Below, in pieces: positions 50,326 to 64,000 of a stretch of DNA of 64,000 nucleotides. The stretch is from Anthoceros angustus (Eukaryota > Plantae > Anthocerotophyta), in contig VJWM01000151.1 in NCBI GenBank assembly GCA_010909165.1, forward strand, positions 248,001 to 312,000. Reading direction: 5' to 3'. Made by a program: the position numbers and the translations under genes. The notes beneath the pieces are model-generated. The model did no database searches. It saw only the letters and a program-made list of their open reading frames with translations, and had not been told where the DNA came from. Every line of letters starts with the position of its first letter. Positions within the stretch are counted from its first letter, which is position 1.

Positions 50326-52022
50326 GGAACTCGCTTTGCTTCCTCCTGAATCGCAGAAGTGGTGACGAACGGATTGATTCCGGCGATCTCGACAATGTTG
50401 AATCTTGATGCATCCGTTGATTATTTGGTGGACTTGCTTGAAGGTGTGGACTCGTGAGGAGCCGATCGCAACCCACCCAGGATTCTAAATTTTGAGGTTG
50501 GCCAGGATAGAATCATGAAGTCTCAGACAGCGACTTAGCAAGGATGTAACCAAAGGTTTTTGTCCGGGGTTGAAGGTGCACTGGACGTGCAGGTTTTTTG
50601 TCTACGGGTTGATGCTGGACCGGATGTCCGGTTGTTTGTTGGTTCTCAATGTATGGAAGGCATGATTCTGCTCACCAGATAGCTTGTTTGGCGCTTGATG
50701 GGAACGGGGAACCCCGATCGTGGTTCGGGAACGGGGAAACCCCGATCGTGGTTCGCTCGGCGCTTGGATGCGAGGGAGCCGGTGTGAAGGGAGGTTGATT
50801 AAACCCCAAACCAAGTGTGGTTCGCCCCTTACTCTCCTACTCCAATTACTTCCCATGTTCCCGCCCACCTTACTACGGTTTATGCTTGAGTGTGATCATT
50901 GCTCCCGGCATGTCCGGAGGTGAGGCGGTTGCTGGGTAATAAATCCAGAAGGCTTGTTCGCGAGCAAGCGACTTGCTAGCAGACAAGAAGACGATGGTGC
51001 AAGGCACGCTTTTCCCGCAATCCGTGAGTGCATGGAGTTGCACACATGGCATGTTGTAATTGCCTTTTCCTCCACTCACCGCTTCGCCTTGCATCACCGT
51101 GGGCCATCCTAGTTGCTATTGGTAGCCCGGAATCGATGCCGGCTGTTATGGCGAGGTCCGAGCCCCACTATCACCGCACAAATCGAGGAACCGATGCGCC
51201 ATCGTGCTTTTCGTGTGTTGGTGTTCGTGCTTGCAGAGGTTGCACCGTGAATAATGAGGACGAGGAGTGGTTCAGATACCGCCCCCCGTGATCAAGCGGA
51301 TATCCAGCAAAGAGGGCTGTGAGGAGGTCCCACGTGTGTGTTAAGAATATGAAACCTTAGTATAGCTTGTTTGGCGCTTGATGGGAACGGGGAACGATCG
51401 GGGTTGAAGCAGAAACCACAGTCGGGGTTGCTTGCAGTTTGGATGCGAGGAGGCTGGTGTGAAGGAGGTTGATTAAACCCCAAAGCGAGCGGTTACATCC
51501 CCCCTCTCCTCCTACTCTCAATTACTTCCCATGTTCCTGTCCACCTTTACGGCCGGTTTATGCTTGAGTGTGGATCTGTTGCCTCGGCGTTTACTGGAGG
51601 TGAGGCGGTTGCTGGGTAATAAATCCAGGAAGGGGCTTGTTCGTGAGCAAGCGACGGCGTTAGGGCAAGGCGGCGGTGGTGCAAGGCACGCTTTCTTTTC
51701 CTGCAATCCAGGTGAGTGCATGGGAGTTGCACATGGCATGTTGCAATTGCCTTTTCCTCCACTCTTTATACATCTCGTACTCGACCGGTTGGCCATCCTA
51801 GTTGCTATTGGTAGCCGGGTCTTTGGCGAGTTATGTGTCTTCGAGCCCCACTATCACCGCACAAATCGAGGAACCGTATGCGCCATCGTCGTGTGTTGGG
51901 TGTTCGTGCTTGCAGAGGTTGCACCGTGAATAATGAGGACGAGGAGTGGTTCAGATACCGCCCCCCGTGATCGGGCGGATATCCAGGCAAAGAGGGCCAG
52001 GAGGAGGTCCTCGATGCAGGTG

Positions 52023-55000
52023 TGTTAAGAATATGAAACCTTAGCATAGCTTATATAGTTATCTAGTTTACTCAAGTTAAGTCATTAACCCAAGAGTCAC
52101 CAGTTTTGTATTTAAAGAGACATCATTCACAATTTTATTAATTCAATGCTTTTTGTCTAAGCACGCTTCCGCGTTTATCAACATGGTATCAGAGCTCTCA
52201 GCTCTTCGATCCTTTACAATTCTTATGTCTAGAATTATGCTGGCTTAGATGAGATTACTATCCACAAAAAGTACATAATCTCAATTCTTGAGATATGCAC
52301 TTTGTGTGATTAGCAATTCGTCTTAGCCTGCACTCTAGGCACGATTAGTATCTATTACACATGGATTTGTCATGAGTCTATTACAATTGCATAAATGGCG
52401 AGGAGAAGTGGACGGCGGCCTGAGGAGACTCTCTCACAATTTGTGAACAGACAAAGCCAGACATTATCAGTTGAGCTGCAGGGAATCATCGCTTTATGAC
52501 CGATTCCCCTGCAGGTGGCCGACTTTGGGCATCTCCTCCACCAGCGAGGAGGCCACATCAGCTCAACTTAGGGGAACGAGCCCCCTCTCCACCGCCCAGC
52601 AACCTGCACGGCAGACCACGTCGTTCAGACTCACCGACAAGCTCAGGTCCAGACGGAGGGTTCAATACCTTTGATTCCCTGGTAGAATTTCGGCTGGAGG
52701 CCTTGCGTTCCAGGATTACCAGCATCGAGGAGTCAATTCTTACTCAGATCTGTCGCCAGCAATGCTTACTTCAGCAGCAAGGTGAGCGCACCATTGTGGT
52801 TCAGACCTTGCTGCATGGAGTTCAACTCCCTTCGCCGACCGGCTGATTGAGCGCCTGAAATTGGACTGCGTACGCCACCGCCGCCAGAATGCTTACTTCA
52901 AAGAAGCAAGGTGAGCGCACTATGTGGTTCGTGACTTGGCCGCATGGAGTTCAACTCCCTTCGCCGACCGGCTGATTGAGCGCCTGAAATTGACCTGCCC
53001 GCCTGCGCCCGCCGCCACCGCTTCTTCTCCGCTGCCCACGCCGAGGATCCACGCCGGCGTCAGCGGGATCGGGATCTGTGGCGCCACCTGCTTGCGGGAT
53101 CCGCCGCCCAGCTTTGTATTTAAAGAGACATCATTCACAATTTTATTAATTCAATGCTTTTTGTCTAAGCACGCCCGCTTATCAACATGGTATCGTAGCT
53201 CCCCAGCTTCGATCCTTTACAATTTTATGTTCAGGAATTATGTCGGGCTTAGATGAGATTACTATCCACAAAAGTACATAATCTCAATTCTTGAGATATG
53301 CACTTTGTGTGATTAGCACCGTCCTTAGCCCGCACCAGGCAACGATTAGTATCTATTACACATGGATTTGTCATGAGTCTATTACAATTGCATAAATGGC
53401 GAGGAGAAGTGGACTATGCCGAGGAGACTCTCTCACACCAGAATGACAACACAAAAGCCAGACACATCAGTCAGGGAATCATGCTTTATGACCGATTCCC
53501 CGGGCATCTCCTCCACCAGGAGGCCACATCACCAACTTAGGGAACGAGCCCTCCACCGCCCAAAGAATCTGCAGACGGTGCATCACGCTGCTCGACTCAC
53601 CGACAAGCTCAGTCCGACGAGGGTTCAATACCTTTGATTCCCTCGGTAGAATTTCGCCGAGGCCTTGCCCTCGGTGATTACCAGCATCGAGGAGTCAATT
53701 TTACTCGACCGCTGCCAAGAATGCTTACTTCAAAGAAGGTGAGCGCATCAGGGTTCGACTTGGCCGCATGGAGTTCAACTCCCTTCGCCGACCGGCTGAT
53801 TGAGCGCCTGAAATTGACCTGCCCGCTCGCGCCATCCGCCGCCACCGCCTTCTCTCCGCTGCCCACGCTACGAGGATCCCGTGACGGCGCCAAGCGATCA
53901 GCAGACCAGAGGCGCCGCTACGCAGGATCCGCCGCCCAGCTTGAGGGGGATCGCAGGCGCGGCCTGGGGCGCATCGTTGACGACGCAGTGACATCAATCG
54001 CCGTCTGGGTGACGGTTGGTAGGCCTGGACACCTGGCATATATTCATGTTCCCCTGCACTGCTTCACGATAGTGAGCACTCTTTCGCATCTGTAACTGTC
54101 TAGTACCAAACAGAAACGTTGCTTACCTTATGTCGTTCCTTGTTCCATGTCGTTTGGTTTAAGTTGGCTTTTTCAGACAGATTCTGACAGTGACCTTGAT
54201 GAAGACGTAGCGTTTGAGCAATCGTTCCTTCAGTCTTTGCAAGTGCACTTCCCTGCATTCAATTCACCACCTCATTTAGGTGTGTCGCTGATAGTCCCTA
54301 TGGGTACTCAAGCCACTCAGTCCAGCTCTTATACGGGAGAATTTAAGGAAAAAGACCGTTTTGACGGCAAACCTGTTCACTATGAGAGCTGGAGAGCTCG
54401 TATGCAGGCCAACCTGAATGCGAGAGACGTTTGGGAGTATGTTGATGGGACCATCTCCAATCCATATCTTGTTCCTTCAACAGCTCCCACCCAACCAACT
54501 GCGGATGAGAAGGCTAAATGGGACAAAGGAAACAAAGTCGCCTTCGCCATCCTGCTGTCAGGCCTGGACTCAACCACTGTTACTGAAGTTGAATTTTTGG
54601 GCACAGCATAGGAGGTCTGGACTCAACTCAAAGACATATACAAGGTACAGAACGTGTGTACCTTAATGAATCTACGGAGTGACTTTCACTCGTTTAGGAT
54701 CAGGGAAGGAGAGCCTGTGGGACCAGGTGTTACCAAGTTGAGGTACGCTGGTCACGCCGAGCCAAGATCACTGAGGTTGAAATGGTTGCCCTATTTCGCC
54801 TTGCCCTCCCATCGACGCTCATCTCGATGTAATGCAGCCCTCACCGCTACGTATGTTGCTGCTGCTGCAAATCAACCTTACACCTTGAACCTGAACACTG
54901 TGGTTGGAGCTCTCCTGCAAGAGGAGGCCAGCCGACACAGGTCAGGCCATGGTCCTCGCACACGGAGTGAAAAGGTACTATTTGCTGCAAAGGGCAAGCC

Positions 55001-58000
55001 GTTTGTGAAGGGAAGGGGGAAAGACAAGAAGACTCACCTGCAGTCCAGCGGCTCTGGTGGTTCGAGCTCGACTCCTTCCATCAAACGGCAGGGCACCTGC
55101 AACTGGTGTCAACTAGCTGGCCACTGGGAGAGGGATTGCCGCAAGAAGAAGGCCGGAGAACCCAAGAAGGATCCTAGGCCTGAGGCACATGTTGTTGCTA
55201 AAGACAAGGGTCCTGCCCCGCACAAAAGCAGCTCCACTGTCCTGACAGTGTCAGTACACTTGACGTCGTCATCTGATCCATCAGATTCTTGGTTTATAGA
55301 TTCTGGTGCCACGTCTCATGTCTGCAATAACAAAAACTTGTTTTCAGCATTCACAACACAAGTCCCAGCACAGTCTGTTTATGTGGGGGACTCTAGAGGT
55401 TTGGACGTGCTAGGAATGGGTTTTGTTACCCTTACCTTATCCGATGGGTCTGACGTCCGGTTAGAGGATGTTCTCTATGTACCTGCCATGTCGAAGAACT
55501 TGTTGTCTGTTAGGGCAGCTACTCAATCTGGAAAGTTGGGTTTCTCGTTTGAGCATGGCAGTTGCTGTCTGTATGACCTGTCTAGACATGGAAAGTGCAT
55601 TGCTAGAGGTCAGTTGGTGAATGAGCTATATCAGCTAGATCTGTCTACTGACACACAAGCCTATGTTACCACAAACACATCTGAGGCTAGCCTTTGGCAT
55701 GCTAGGCTTGGCCATATAAATCGTGAGAAGCTGAACCTCATGTCCTCTTTGGACTGTTTTCGGGAAAAACTTCCTTCCTGTTTCAAACAGTTGCCAGTCT
55801 GTCAGTCTTGTGTCCTTTCTAAGCAGAAGGAGCTTCCCTTCAAGAATAAACAGGCACAGAGAGCTCAATCAAGATCGGAACTTATACATGCGTATATTGT
55901 TGAAAAACTACAGTGAAGTCACCGAGGCGCTGAATATTACCTCACTCGACAGATGACTTCTCACGTTACACTTGGGTTTTCCACTCGCATAAGAATGATG
56001 CTTTCGAGTGCATAGAGACTTGGATTCCTATGGTTCAAAGGCAAACAGGTAACTTGGTCAAGTGTTTCCGGACTGATAACGGTGGGGAGTTCATAGGCCA
56101 CCGTATGATGTGCTCTTCTCTGCACATGGCATCATTCGTCAATTGGCTATTCCTTACACACAACAACAGAATGGAGTAGCTGAACGTAAGAATCAAACTC
56201 TTATGGGGATGACACGCAGTATGCTTGGATGGGCTGGTCTTCCTAAGTGCTATTGGGCCGAAGCTATTACAACTGCTGCATATATCCTCAACAGGGTTCT
56301 TACTACCTCAGTACCTGGCAGAACACCGTATGAGGCCTTCTGGAGGAAAAAGCCTAGTCTGCTTCACTTACGGGTCTTCGGCTCAACAGCATATTCTTAT
56401 ATCCCTAAACAGAAGCGACGAAAGTTAGATGACAGAGCTCATCCTCTACTCTTCCTGCTATTCTAAGTATCTAAAGCATACAACCGTATGAACCCGCCAC
56501 TCGTAAGGTTGCCACAAGGAGTTGTACCTTTGATGAGTTGACTACACCACGAGGACCTGTTAAGACGTTTTATGGTACAGATATACCTGTTCCTTCTGAT
56601 TCTTCAGTACCAGATGACGAGGAGACTTCAGACTTTGTTGTGGTTGACGGAGTACCACCAGCAGCACCAGTACCACCAGCACCTATCCCTGTTCCACATC
56701 AGCAGGTAAATCAACAACAAGCAGTTATCTATCCCGATTCTGATGGGTCCGACGTCCTGCTAGAGGATGTTCTCTATGTACCTGCCATGTCGAAGAACTT
56801 GTTGTCTGTTAGGGCAGCTACTCAATCTGGAAAGTTGGGTTTCTCGTTTGAGCATGGCAGTTACTGTCTGTATGACCTGTCTAGACATGGAGAGTGCATT
56901 GCTAGAGGTCAGTTGGTGAATGAGCTATATCAGCTAGATCTGTCTGCTGACACACAAGCCTATGTTACCACAAACACATCTGAGGCTAGCCTGTGGCATG
57001 CTAGGCTTGGCCATATAAATCGTGAGAACCTGAACCTCATGTCCTCTTTGGACTGTTTTCGGGAAAAACTTCCTTCCTGCTTTCAAAATAAGCGGCCCGT
57101 CACCTTTGTGTCCTTTCTAAGCGTAAGGAGCTTCCTTCAAGAATAAATGCACAGAGAGCTCAATCAAGATCGGAACTTATACATGCGTATATTGTTGAAA
57201 AACTGGTGAAGTCACCGGAGGCGTCGAATATTACCTCACTCGACAGATGACTTCTCACGTTACACTTGGGTTTTCCACTTCGCATAAGAATGATGCTTGA
57301 GTGCATAGAGACTTGGATTCCTATGGTTCAAAGGCAATGTGTAACTTGGTCAAGTGTTTCCTGATCGAGCACTGGGAGTTCATAGGCCACCGATGATGTG
57401 CTCTTCTCTCGCACATGGCATCATTCAATTGGCTATTCCTTACACACACAACAATGTAATGGAGTAGCTGAACGTAAGAATCAAACTCTTATGGGGATGA
57501 CACGCAGTATGCTTGGATGGGCTGGTCTTCCTAAGTGCTATTGGCGGAAGCTATATAATCAAGTGATATATCCTCAACAGGTTCTTACTACCTCAAGATT
57601 CGCAGTAATCAATCGTATGAGGCCTTGTGGAGGAAAAAGCCTAGTCTGCTTCACTTACGGGTCTTCGGCTCAACAACATATGCTTATATCCCTAAACAGA
57701 AGCGACGAAAGTTAGATGATAGAGCTCATCCTCTACTCTTCCTCGGCTATTCGGAAGTATCTAAAGCATACAAACTGTATGAACCTGCCACTCGTAAGGT
57801 TGTGCTGTCAAGGAGTTGTACCTTTGATGAGTTGACTACACCACGAGGACCCTACAGCTTTATGGCACAGAGCATACCGCCTTCCGATTCTTCAAGTACT
57901 GCATGACGAGGAGACTTGAGACTTTGTTGTGGTTGACGGAGTACCACCTGAAGAAGACTGCATTTCACCAGCACCTATCCCCTGCTCCACATCGCCAGTA

Positions 58001-59495
58001 AATCAACAACAAGCGCTTATCTATCCTCGATGGGGAAGAGTCACACTGTGGATTTGTTTGACAGAAAGCCGCCGGACCGTAGTTGACCCGCATGTTGATC
58101 AAGGCTTCTTTGAGCAGTTGGATGCTCATTCAGATTCCACAGGCTCCATTCAGGATACAGATGATGTTGGCATTCTGTCTGATGCTGACGACGGTGTTTT
58201 CCCTCCTGCACAAGCAGTGGGAGTTCCTGCTGATGTACAGCCTGTTGTTGAGGAATCCAGGTATCCAACTCGAGAACGACGTACACGTGAAAACTGGGCT
58301 GAGCCACCTTACCAGTCTGTGGATTTTCGTCGTGGCTCCCAAGCCCATGTTGTTGATCTGTACCGATGTCCGCCCTGACCCTCAGTCATATGAGGAGGCT
58401 GTTAATGGTCCAGATGGTGTCCATTGGCGGAAATCTATTGATGATGAGTATTCTTCCTTGATCAAAAACAATACTTGGGAGTTAGTGGATTTACCTGAAG
58501 GCAGAAAACCCATTAGTTGCAAATGGGTGTTCAAAACTAAGTTGAAAGCCGATGGGATTATAGCCGATATAAATCCCGTCTGGTAGCACGTGGTTTCAGC
58601 CAAATCCCTGGCATAGACTACGGTGATACTTTTTCACCTGTGGTCAAACCACCTTCTGTCCGGATACTTCTGGCTATGGCAGCTGAGTTTGATCTTGAAG
58701 TCCAACAGATGGATGTTTGCACTGCGTTCCTTCATGGGGAATTGGAAGAAGTCCTGTATATGGACCAGCCACAGGGATATATTAGCCCCAAAACTGCTAA
58801 AAAGGTGTGCAAACTTCTTAAGACTATATATGGCCTCAAGCAATCTCCTAGAGCGTGGTACAAGCATATCATGAAGTACCTGCGTAAGCTTGGTTTTCTT
58901 CAATCTCCTGTGGATACCAATGTGTTCTACTTGGCTGATGGCTCCCTGTTTGTCATCCTTGCGTTGTATGTGGACGACTGTGTTCTTCTCAGCAATAGTC
59001 CAGCTCAACTTGACAAGGTCAAGGATATGCTTCGTCAAGAGTTCGAAATGACGGATCAAGGTGATCCGCAGCTTTGCTTGGGTATATGTATCCTCGCAAA
59101 CGCCACATGGTCGTTATTCTCCATCAAACAAAGTATATTAAGGAGATTCATAAACGTTTTCACCTGGATGCTGCAAAGCCGGTTGCCACTCCTCGCAGGG
59201 GGGAGAAATTGATGCCTCATGTCGCCCCGACTCAGAGCTTGCAATGCGCCGTATGCAGGCGCTATCGCCTGATTTTCTTGGCGAATCGGACCGACCGACA
59301 TCGCCTACTCGCTTCGATGGTTTTCTCGCCTCAAGTCTCCGGACGCCACCATTGGGCGGCAGTTAAGCGCATTTACAGATATCTCAAAGGCACAATCTCC
59401 TATGGGTTACATTATACCAGCAGTGGAGGTCAGAGGTTAGAACTTATCTCTTTTGCGGATGCTGATTGGGCTTCGGATGCGGACACCAGGACAAG
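52023..59495 (+). mobile_element. Ty1/Copia LTR retrotransposon, truncated in RNase H by a further insertion
   Basis: 5' LTR TGTTAA...TCAACA 52023-52183 and PBS TGGTATCAGAGC 52184-52195 (tRNA-iMet). Then gag (~54300; CNWCQLAGHWERDC), protease WFIDSGATSH, LWHARLGH, integrase TDNGGEF/QNGVAERKN, RT YVDD and RNase H FADADWASD. Confidence 0.92.
55441..58030. repeat. ~1.3-kb tandem duplication inside Copia pol
   Basis: SDGSDV.LEDVLYVPAMSKNLLSV is encoded at ~55440 and again at ~56740. Confidence 0.88.
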
Positions 59496-62400
59496 CTTGT
59501 AACACCATAAACCTTCAAGAGGGGGAATTTACATGATGGGGGTTTTCTTGAAAATATGCGCCAAAGGGGGTTACACATGGGTCTCAAAACGACGAATAGC
59601 ATGTTTTGCTGAAAGAACCACAAAAAAACAGGGTGTCCCATACACGTTGCCCCCCTTTTACAATATGGGTACACGCCGTGGAAGGGTGCTCGAAATCCTT
59701 TACCCATATGATGAAGGCAAATTAAGACCCACCGTGATGACCGTTAATGCCGGGGAAAGGATGCCTGTGAACCAGGATTTGGGTCCGTCACGCAGGAAAG
59801 TATGGTTGGCATGCAAAACCCATAGTCTTCTGCAAATTCGTTTTGATCTCAAGGGTTTGGCAAAGGGTTGAGGTCATGCCGATCAAAAACCGACCGTATG
59901 CTTGGCGGCCTTAGTGGACAGGCCGCCGCGCCTGCCTTGTCTATGGAGGTCACAGCTACCGCATTCGGTTCTCCGCAGTACCACAAATTGAAGAACAAAC
60001 ACCACCTACGGATCGTAGATGGTTGGGATGACTGCAACAACGCTCCTATCTATCATCCTCGACAAATTTGTCCAGCTATGTACAACACGCCACTATAATC
60101 TTGGGGCACAGCATAACCGGCCCAAACACATACTTAATTTATTGCAAACCACATATACGGATACACGGTATTGTATTGCATTGAGGTGGTAATGGACCAA
60201 AAGCCAAACATGATTCACGCACTGGCTTACCCTAACAAAGGCTCTGGACAAGGAGTACAGTGGAATTTAGACCGGGTGAAGCTAGAACCCTATATTTATC
60301 TCGACGGGAACCATTGCCTCCTCTCCCAATTCCTTCTCCATGGAAGCACGTTTACTCATCTCCGGAGGTCACTCATCGCCGCCGGACCTCGCTGCACCAT
60401 GGTCATCACTATCCTCGTGGGTACTTTCGGATCTTGGTGAATAAACCCACGCAATTCATTCAACTTATCCTTTATCGCTTTCTTGTCAACAACATATAAA
60501 TGTTTTCGAGCATTCAAAGACGAATCCATAATAAAGGATTACCGCTTGCTCACAAAGACTGTTGAATATTTTTGGTATACAAGGATTTGCTTCCTTTCTT
60601 CCCTACCTTGAAGCCATGTTCGTACCGCTTCCGGAATTATATATTCCTCAACATATCTTCCCTCATATGCATCCGTATGCTCGGTCATATACCAATGAAC
60701 GAGGAAGTGAGGTTTGGGCGACTCCAACTTCACATCTATGACCTTTCCAATCCAAAATGGTCTGTGTGTCTGTTGAACACGGACTGCTATGAACATTCCT
60801 TTATTGATCTCATAATATCGCCATTCAAACGTGTCATATCTTCTTGTTGCTTGCCCAAATTTCTATATGCCCAAATACATATCGCGTTGTGGAAGTTCAC
60901 AGTAGCCGCTTCCAAAGAAAGCCGCATCGGGCATGCATAAGGGCACTCAAGCGTCGCCCTCCACTCGAAAACCACTTCCATGGTCGCGAACCAACCCGAT
61001 ATGGTTGTCCACAATTACAATTTCTTCTGGTCAACCCAACTCCTCCCACCATGTGTACTCTTCCGCGTAACGTAAGGCCGGAGCTCGATAACCCTCGCTC
61101 AAGTAAGCAACGCCTCCTATCTATCATCCTCGACAAATTTGTCCAGCTATGGACAACACGCCACTATAATCTTGGGGCACAGATAACCGCCCAAACACAT
61201 ACTTAATTTATTGGTGTTGCAAACCACATATACGGATACACGGTATTGTATTGCATTGAGGTGGTAATGGACCAAAAGCCAAACATGATTCACGCTACCG
61301 GCTTACCCTAACAAAGGCTCGGACAAGGAGTACAGTGGAATTTAGACCGGTGAAGCTAGAACCCTATATTTATCTCGATGGAACCATTGCCTCCTCTCCC
61401 AATTCCTTCTCCATGGAAGCACGTTTACTCATCTCCGGAGGTCACTCCGTCATCGCCGCCGGACCCTCGCACCATGGTCATCACACTATCCTCGTGGGTA
61501 CTTGGACGAATAATAATTCATTCAACTTATCCTTTATCGCTTTCTTGTCAACAACATATAAATGTTTTCGAGCATTCAAAGACGAATCCATAATAAAGGA
61601 TTACCGCTTGCTCACAAAGACTGTTGAATATTTTTGGTATACAAGGATTTGCTTCCTTTCTTCCCTACCTTGAAGCCATGTTCGGTACCGCTTCCGGAAT
61701 TATATATTCCTCAACATATCTTCCCTCATATGCATCCGTATGCTCGGTCATATACCAATGAACGAGGAAGTGAGGTTTGGGCGACTCCAACTTCACATCT
61801 ATGACCTTTCCAATCCAAAATGGTCTGTGTGTCTGTTGAACACGGACTGCTATGAACATTCCTTTATTGATCTCATAATATCGCCATTCAAACGTGTCAT
61901 ATCTTCTTGTTGCTTGCCCAAATTTCTATATGCCCAAATACATATCGCGTTGTGGAAGTTCACAGTAGCCGCTCAAAGAAAGCCGCGACGGGCATGCATA
62001 AGGGCACTCAAGCGTCGCCCTCCACTCGAAAACCACTTCCATGGTCGCGAACCAACCCGATATGGTTGTCCACAATTACAATTTCTTCTGGTCAACCCAA
62101 CTCCTCCCACCATGTGTACTCTTCCGCGTAACGTAAGGCCGGAGCTCGATAACCCTCGCTCAAGTAAGCAACGCCTCCTATCTATCATCCTCGACAAATT
62201 TGTCCAGCTATGGACAACACGCCACTATAATCTTGGGGCACAGATAACCGCCCAAACACATACTTAATTTATTGGTGTTGCAAACCACATATACGGATAC
62301 ACGGTATTGTATTGCATTGAGGTGGTAATGGACCAAAAGCCAAACATGATTCACGCTACCGGCTTACCCTAACAAAGGCTCGGACAAGGAGTACAGTGGA

Positions 62401-64000
62401 ATTTAGACCGGTGAAGCTAGAACCCTATATTTATCTCGATGGAACCATTGCCTCCTCTCCCAATTCCTTCTCCATGGAAGCACGTTTACTCATCTCCGGA
62501 GGTCACTCCGTCATCGCCGCCGGACCCTCGCACCATGGTCATCACTATCCTCGTGGGTACTTGGACGAATAATAATTCATTCAACTTATCCTTTATCGCT
62601 TTCTTGTCAACAACATATAAATGTTTTCGAGCATTCAAAGACGAATCCATAATAAAGGATTACCGCTTGCTCACAAAGACTGTTGAATATTTTTGGTATA
62701 CAAGGATTTGCTTCCTTTCTTCCCTACCTTGAAGCCATGTTCGGTACCGCTTCCCGGAATTATATATTCCTCAACATATCTTCCCTCATATGCATCCGTA
62801 TGCTCGGTCATATACCAATGAACGAGGAAGTGAGGTTTGGGCGATTCCAACTTCAGTTCTATGACCTTTCCAATCCAAAATGGCCTGTTGTGAGTGTCTG
62901 TGGAACACGGAACTGCTATGAACATTCCTTTATTGATCTCCGCAATATCGCCATTCAGACGTGTCATATCTTCTTGTTGCTTGCCCAAATTTCTATATGC
63001 CCCAAATACATATCGCGTTGTGGAAGTTCACAGTAGCCGCTCAAAGAAAGCCGACGGGCATGCATAAGGGCACCATCCGCCTCCACTCGAAAACCACTTC
63101 CATGGTCGTTGCAACCAACCCGATATGGTTGTCCACAATTACAGCAATTTCTTCTGGTCAACCCAACTCCTCCCACCATGTGTACTCTTCCGTAACGAAG
63201 GCCGGAGCTCGATAACCCTCGCTCAAGTAAGCAACGCCTTGCGTGAGACAAGCGGCGCGCTTTTTATCTCTAGCCATAAGGCTAAAGGAGCCGATTATGA
63301 CCTCCGTGGCACAAACTTCAAAACTCCAAGCCTCCTTCGCTTTCCCACATGTTGAGTCGCACTCCCTCGATTACACCGCTGGCCGGTTTCTCCTCGCGTG
63401 TTATCTTGAATTGATCTTTGGAACGATGATTATTCAATTTACTAAACACCGCCCCGCCCATCCCCGTCTTATTGGCCATACATACTCCAAGTCGGGAACT
63501 TCCAAGATCTTCACCTCCGCCTTGGAGTGTACGCTCCTCGATAATAGTTGCCAATGCGGGCGAGTGCGCTTCCTTGTGTTTCAAGCTTTTAGAGAAGCAT
63601 GAAAACATCCGATCAATTTGATCATGGGTGTGCCCAACTAGCGTGAAGCCCACCTTCACTTTCTCAAATGTTCCCATGTCTACCAACATGTTGAGATACG
63701 CAAAGAGTAGTTGGTTCTTGTTCTCCGCAAGTGTTGTCCAGTTGTTACAACACTTTAGGCAAGACCCCATCATAATTGTGGATAACATCTTGAATGATGT
63801 TTATAGTCAAATTAGGCGTCATTGGAGGTTGGCATAATGCAAATATGCCCTTGCTTTGTGAGTGTAATTGTGAATCATGCACCCCACAACGCAATCGAAA
63901 TACGACATTCTTCATCCAAATTCTTCGCCACCGCAAGAAATGCTAAGCTCGCTTTCTTCCGTCCATTCCATCGATGGCCAATAACATATATTTGTGGGGC
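59495..64000 (-). mobile_element. Second Sola-like/DUF7869-type element in opposite orientation; runs off the window
   Basis: Minus strand reads KYMLLAIDGMD, LPKVL.QLDN, ENKNQLLFAYLNMLVDMGTFEKVKVGFTLVGHTHDQIDRMFS, and a C-terminal RPFWIGKV...VHWY. Confidence 0.72.
60042..63238. repeat. Three-copy ~1.07-kb tandem duplication
   Basis: ctcctatctatcatcctcgacaaatttg at ~60043, ~61094 and ~62174. Confidence 0.9.

Larger units (their letters stand above)
39800..52022 (+). mobile_element. Large multi-ORF DNA-transposon-like element carrying a Sola-like/DUF7869-type transposase; right end not visible
   Basis: Begins where the MULE ORF is cut and ends where a Copia LTR starts. It contains a divergent minus-strand ORF set (44860-40300) and a plus-strand transposase. 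Boundaries are inferred. Confidence 0.5.

Overview
Plant nuclear DNA. A DRH-terminated PPR-DYW variant and ~90-190 nt introns suggest a hornwort (inference). The left ~27 kb holds several genes: the 5' part of a YODA-type MAPKKK (- strand, running off the window), an intronless PLS-class PPR gene with a DYW:KP/DRH-type domain, an inverted and internally deleted copy of the YODA gene, and a 6-exon 4CL-like adenylate-forming enzyme with degenerate catalytic motifs. It also holds an LRR receptor kinase with a WAK-like kinase, whose N-terminus is split by a terminally intact 6.1-kb CACTA element (TIRs plus GGT TSD). The right ~37 kb is mostly transposon DNA. It has a tandem array of a 1.9-kb gag-RNaseH mini-Copia, one small secreted jacalin-like gene, and a nested stack of MULE transposase, a large multi-ORF Sola-like/DUF7869-type element, a Copia, and a second Sola-like element. 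Many 0.2-1.5 kb tandem duplications with indel-rich copies in this half may be long-read assembly artefacts, so frameshift calls there are uncertain.
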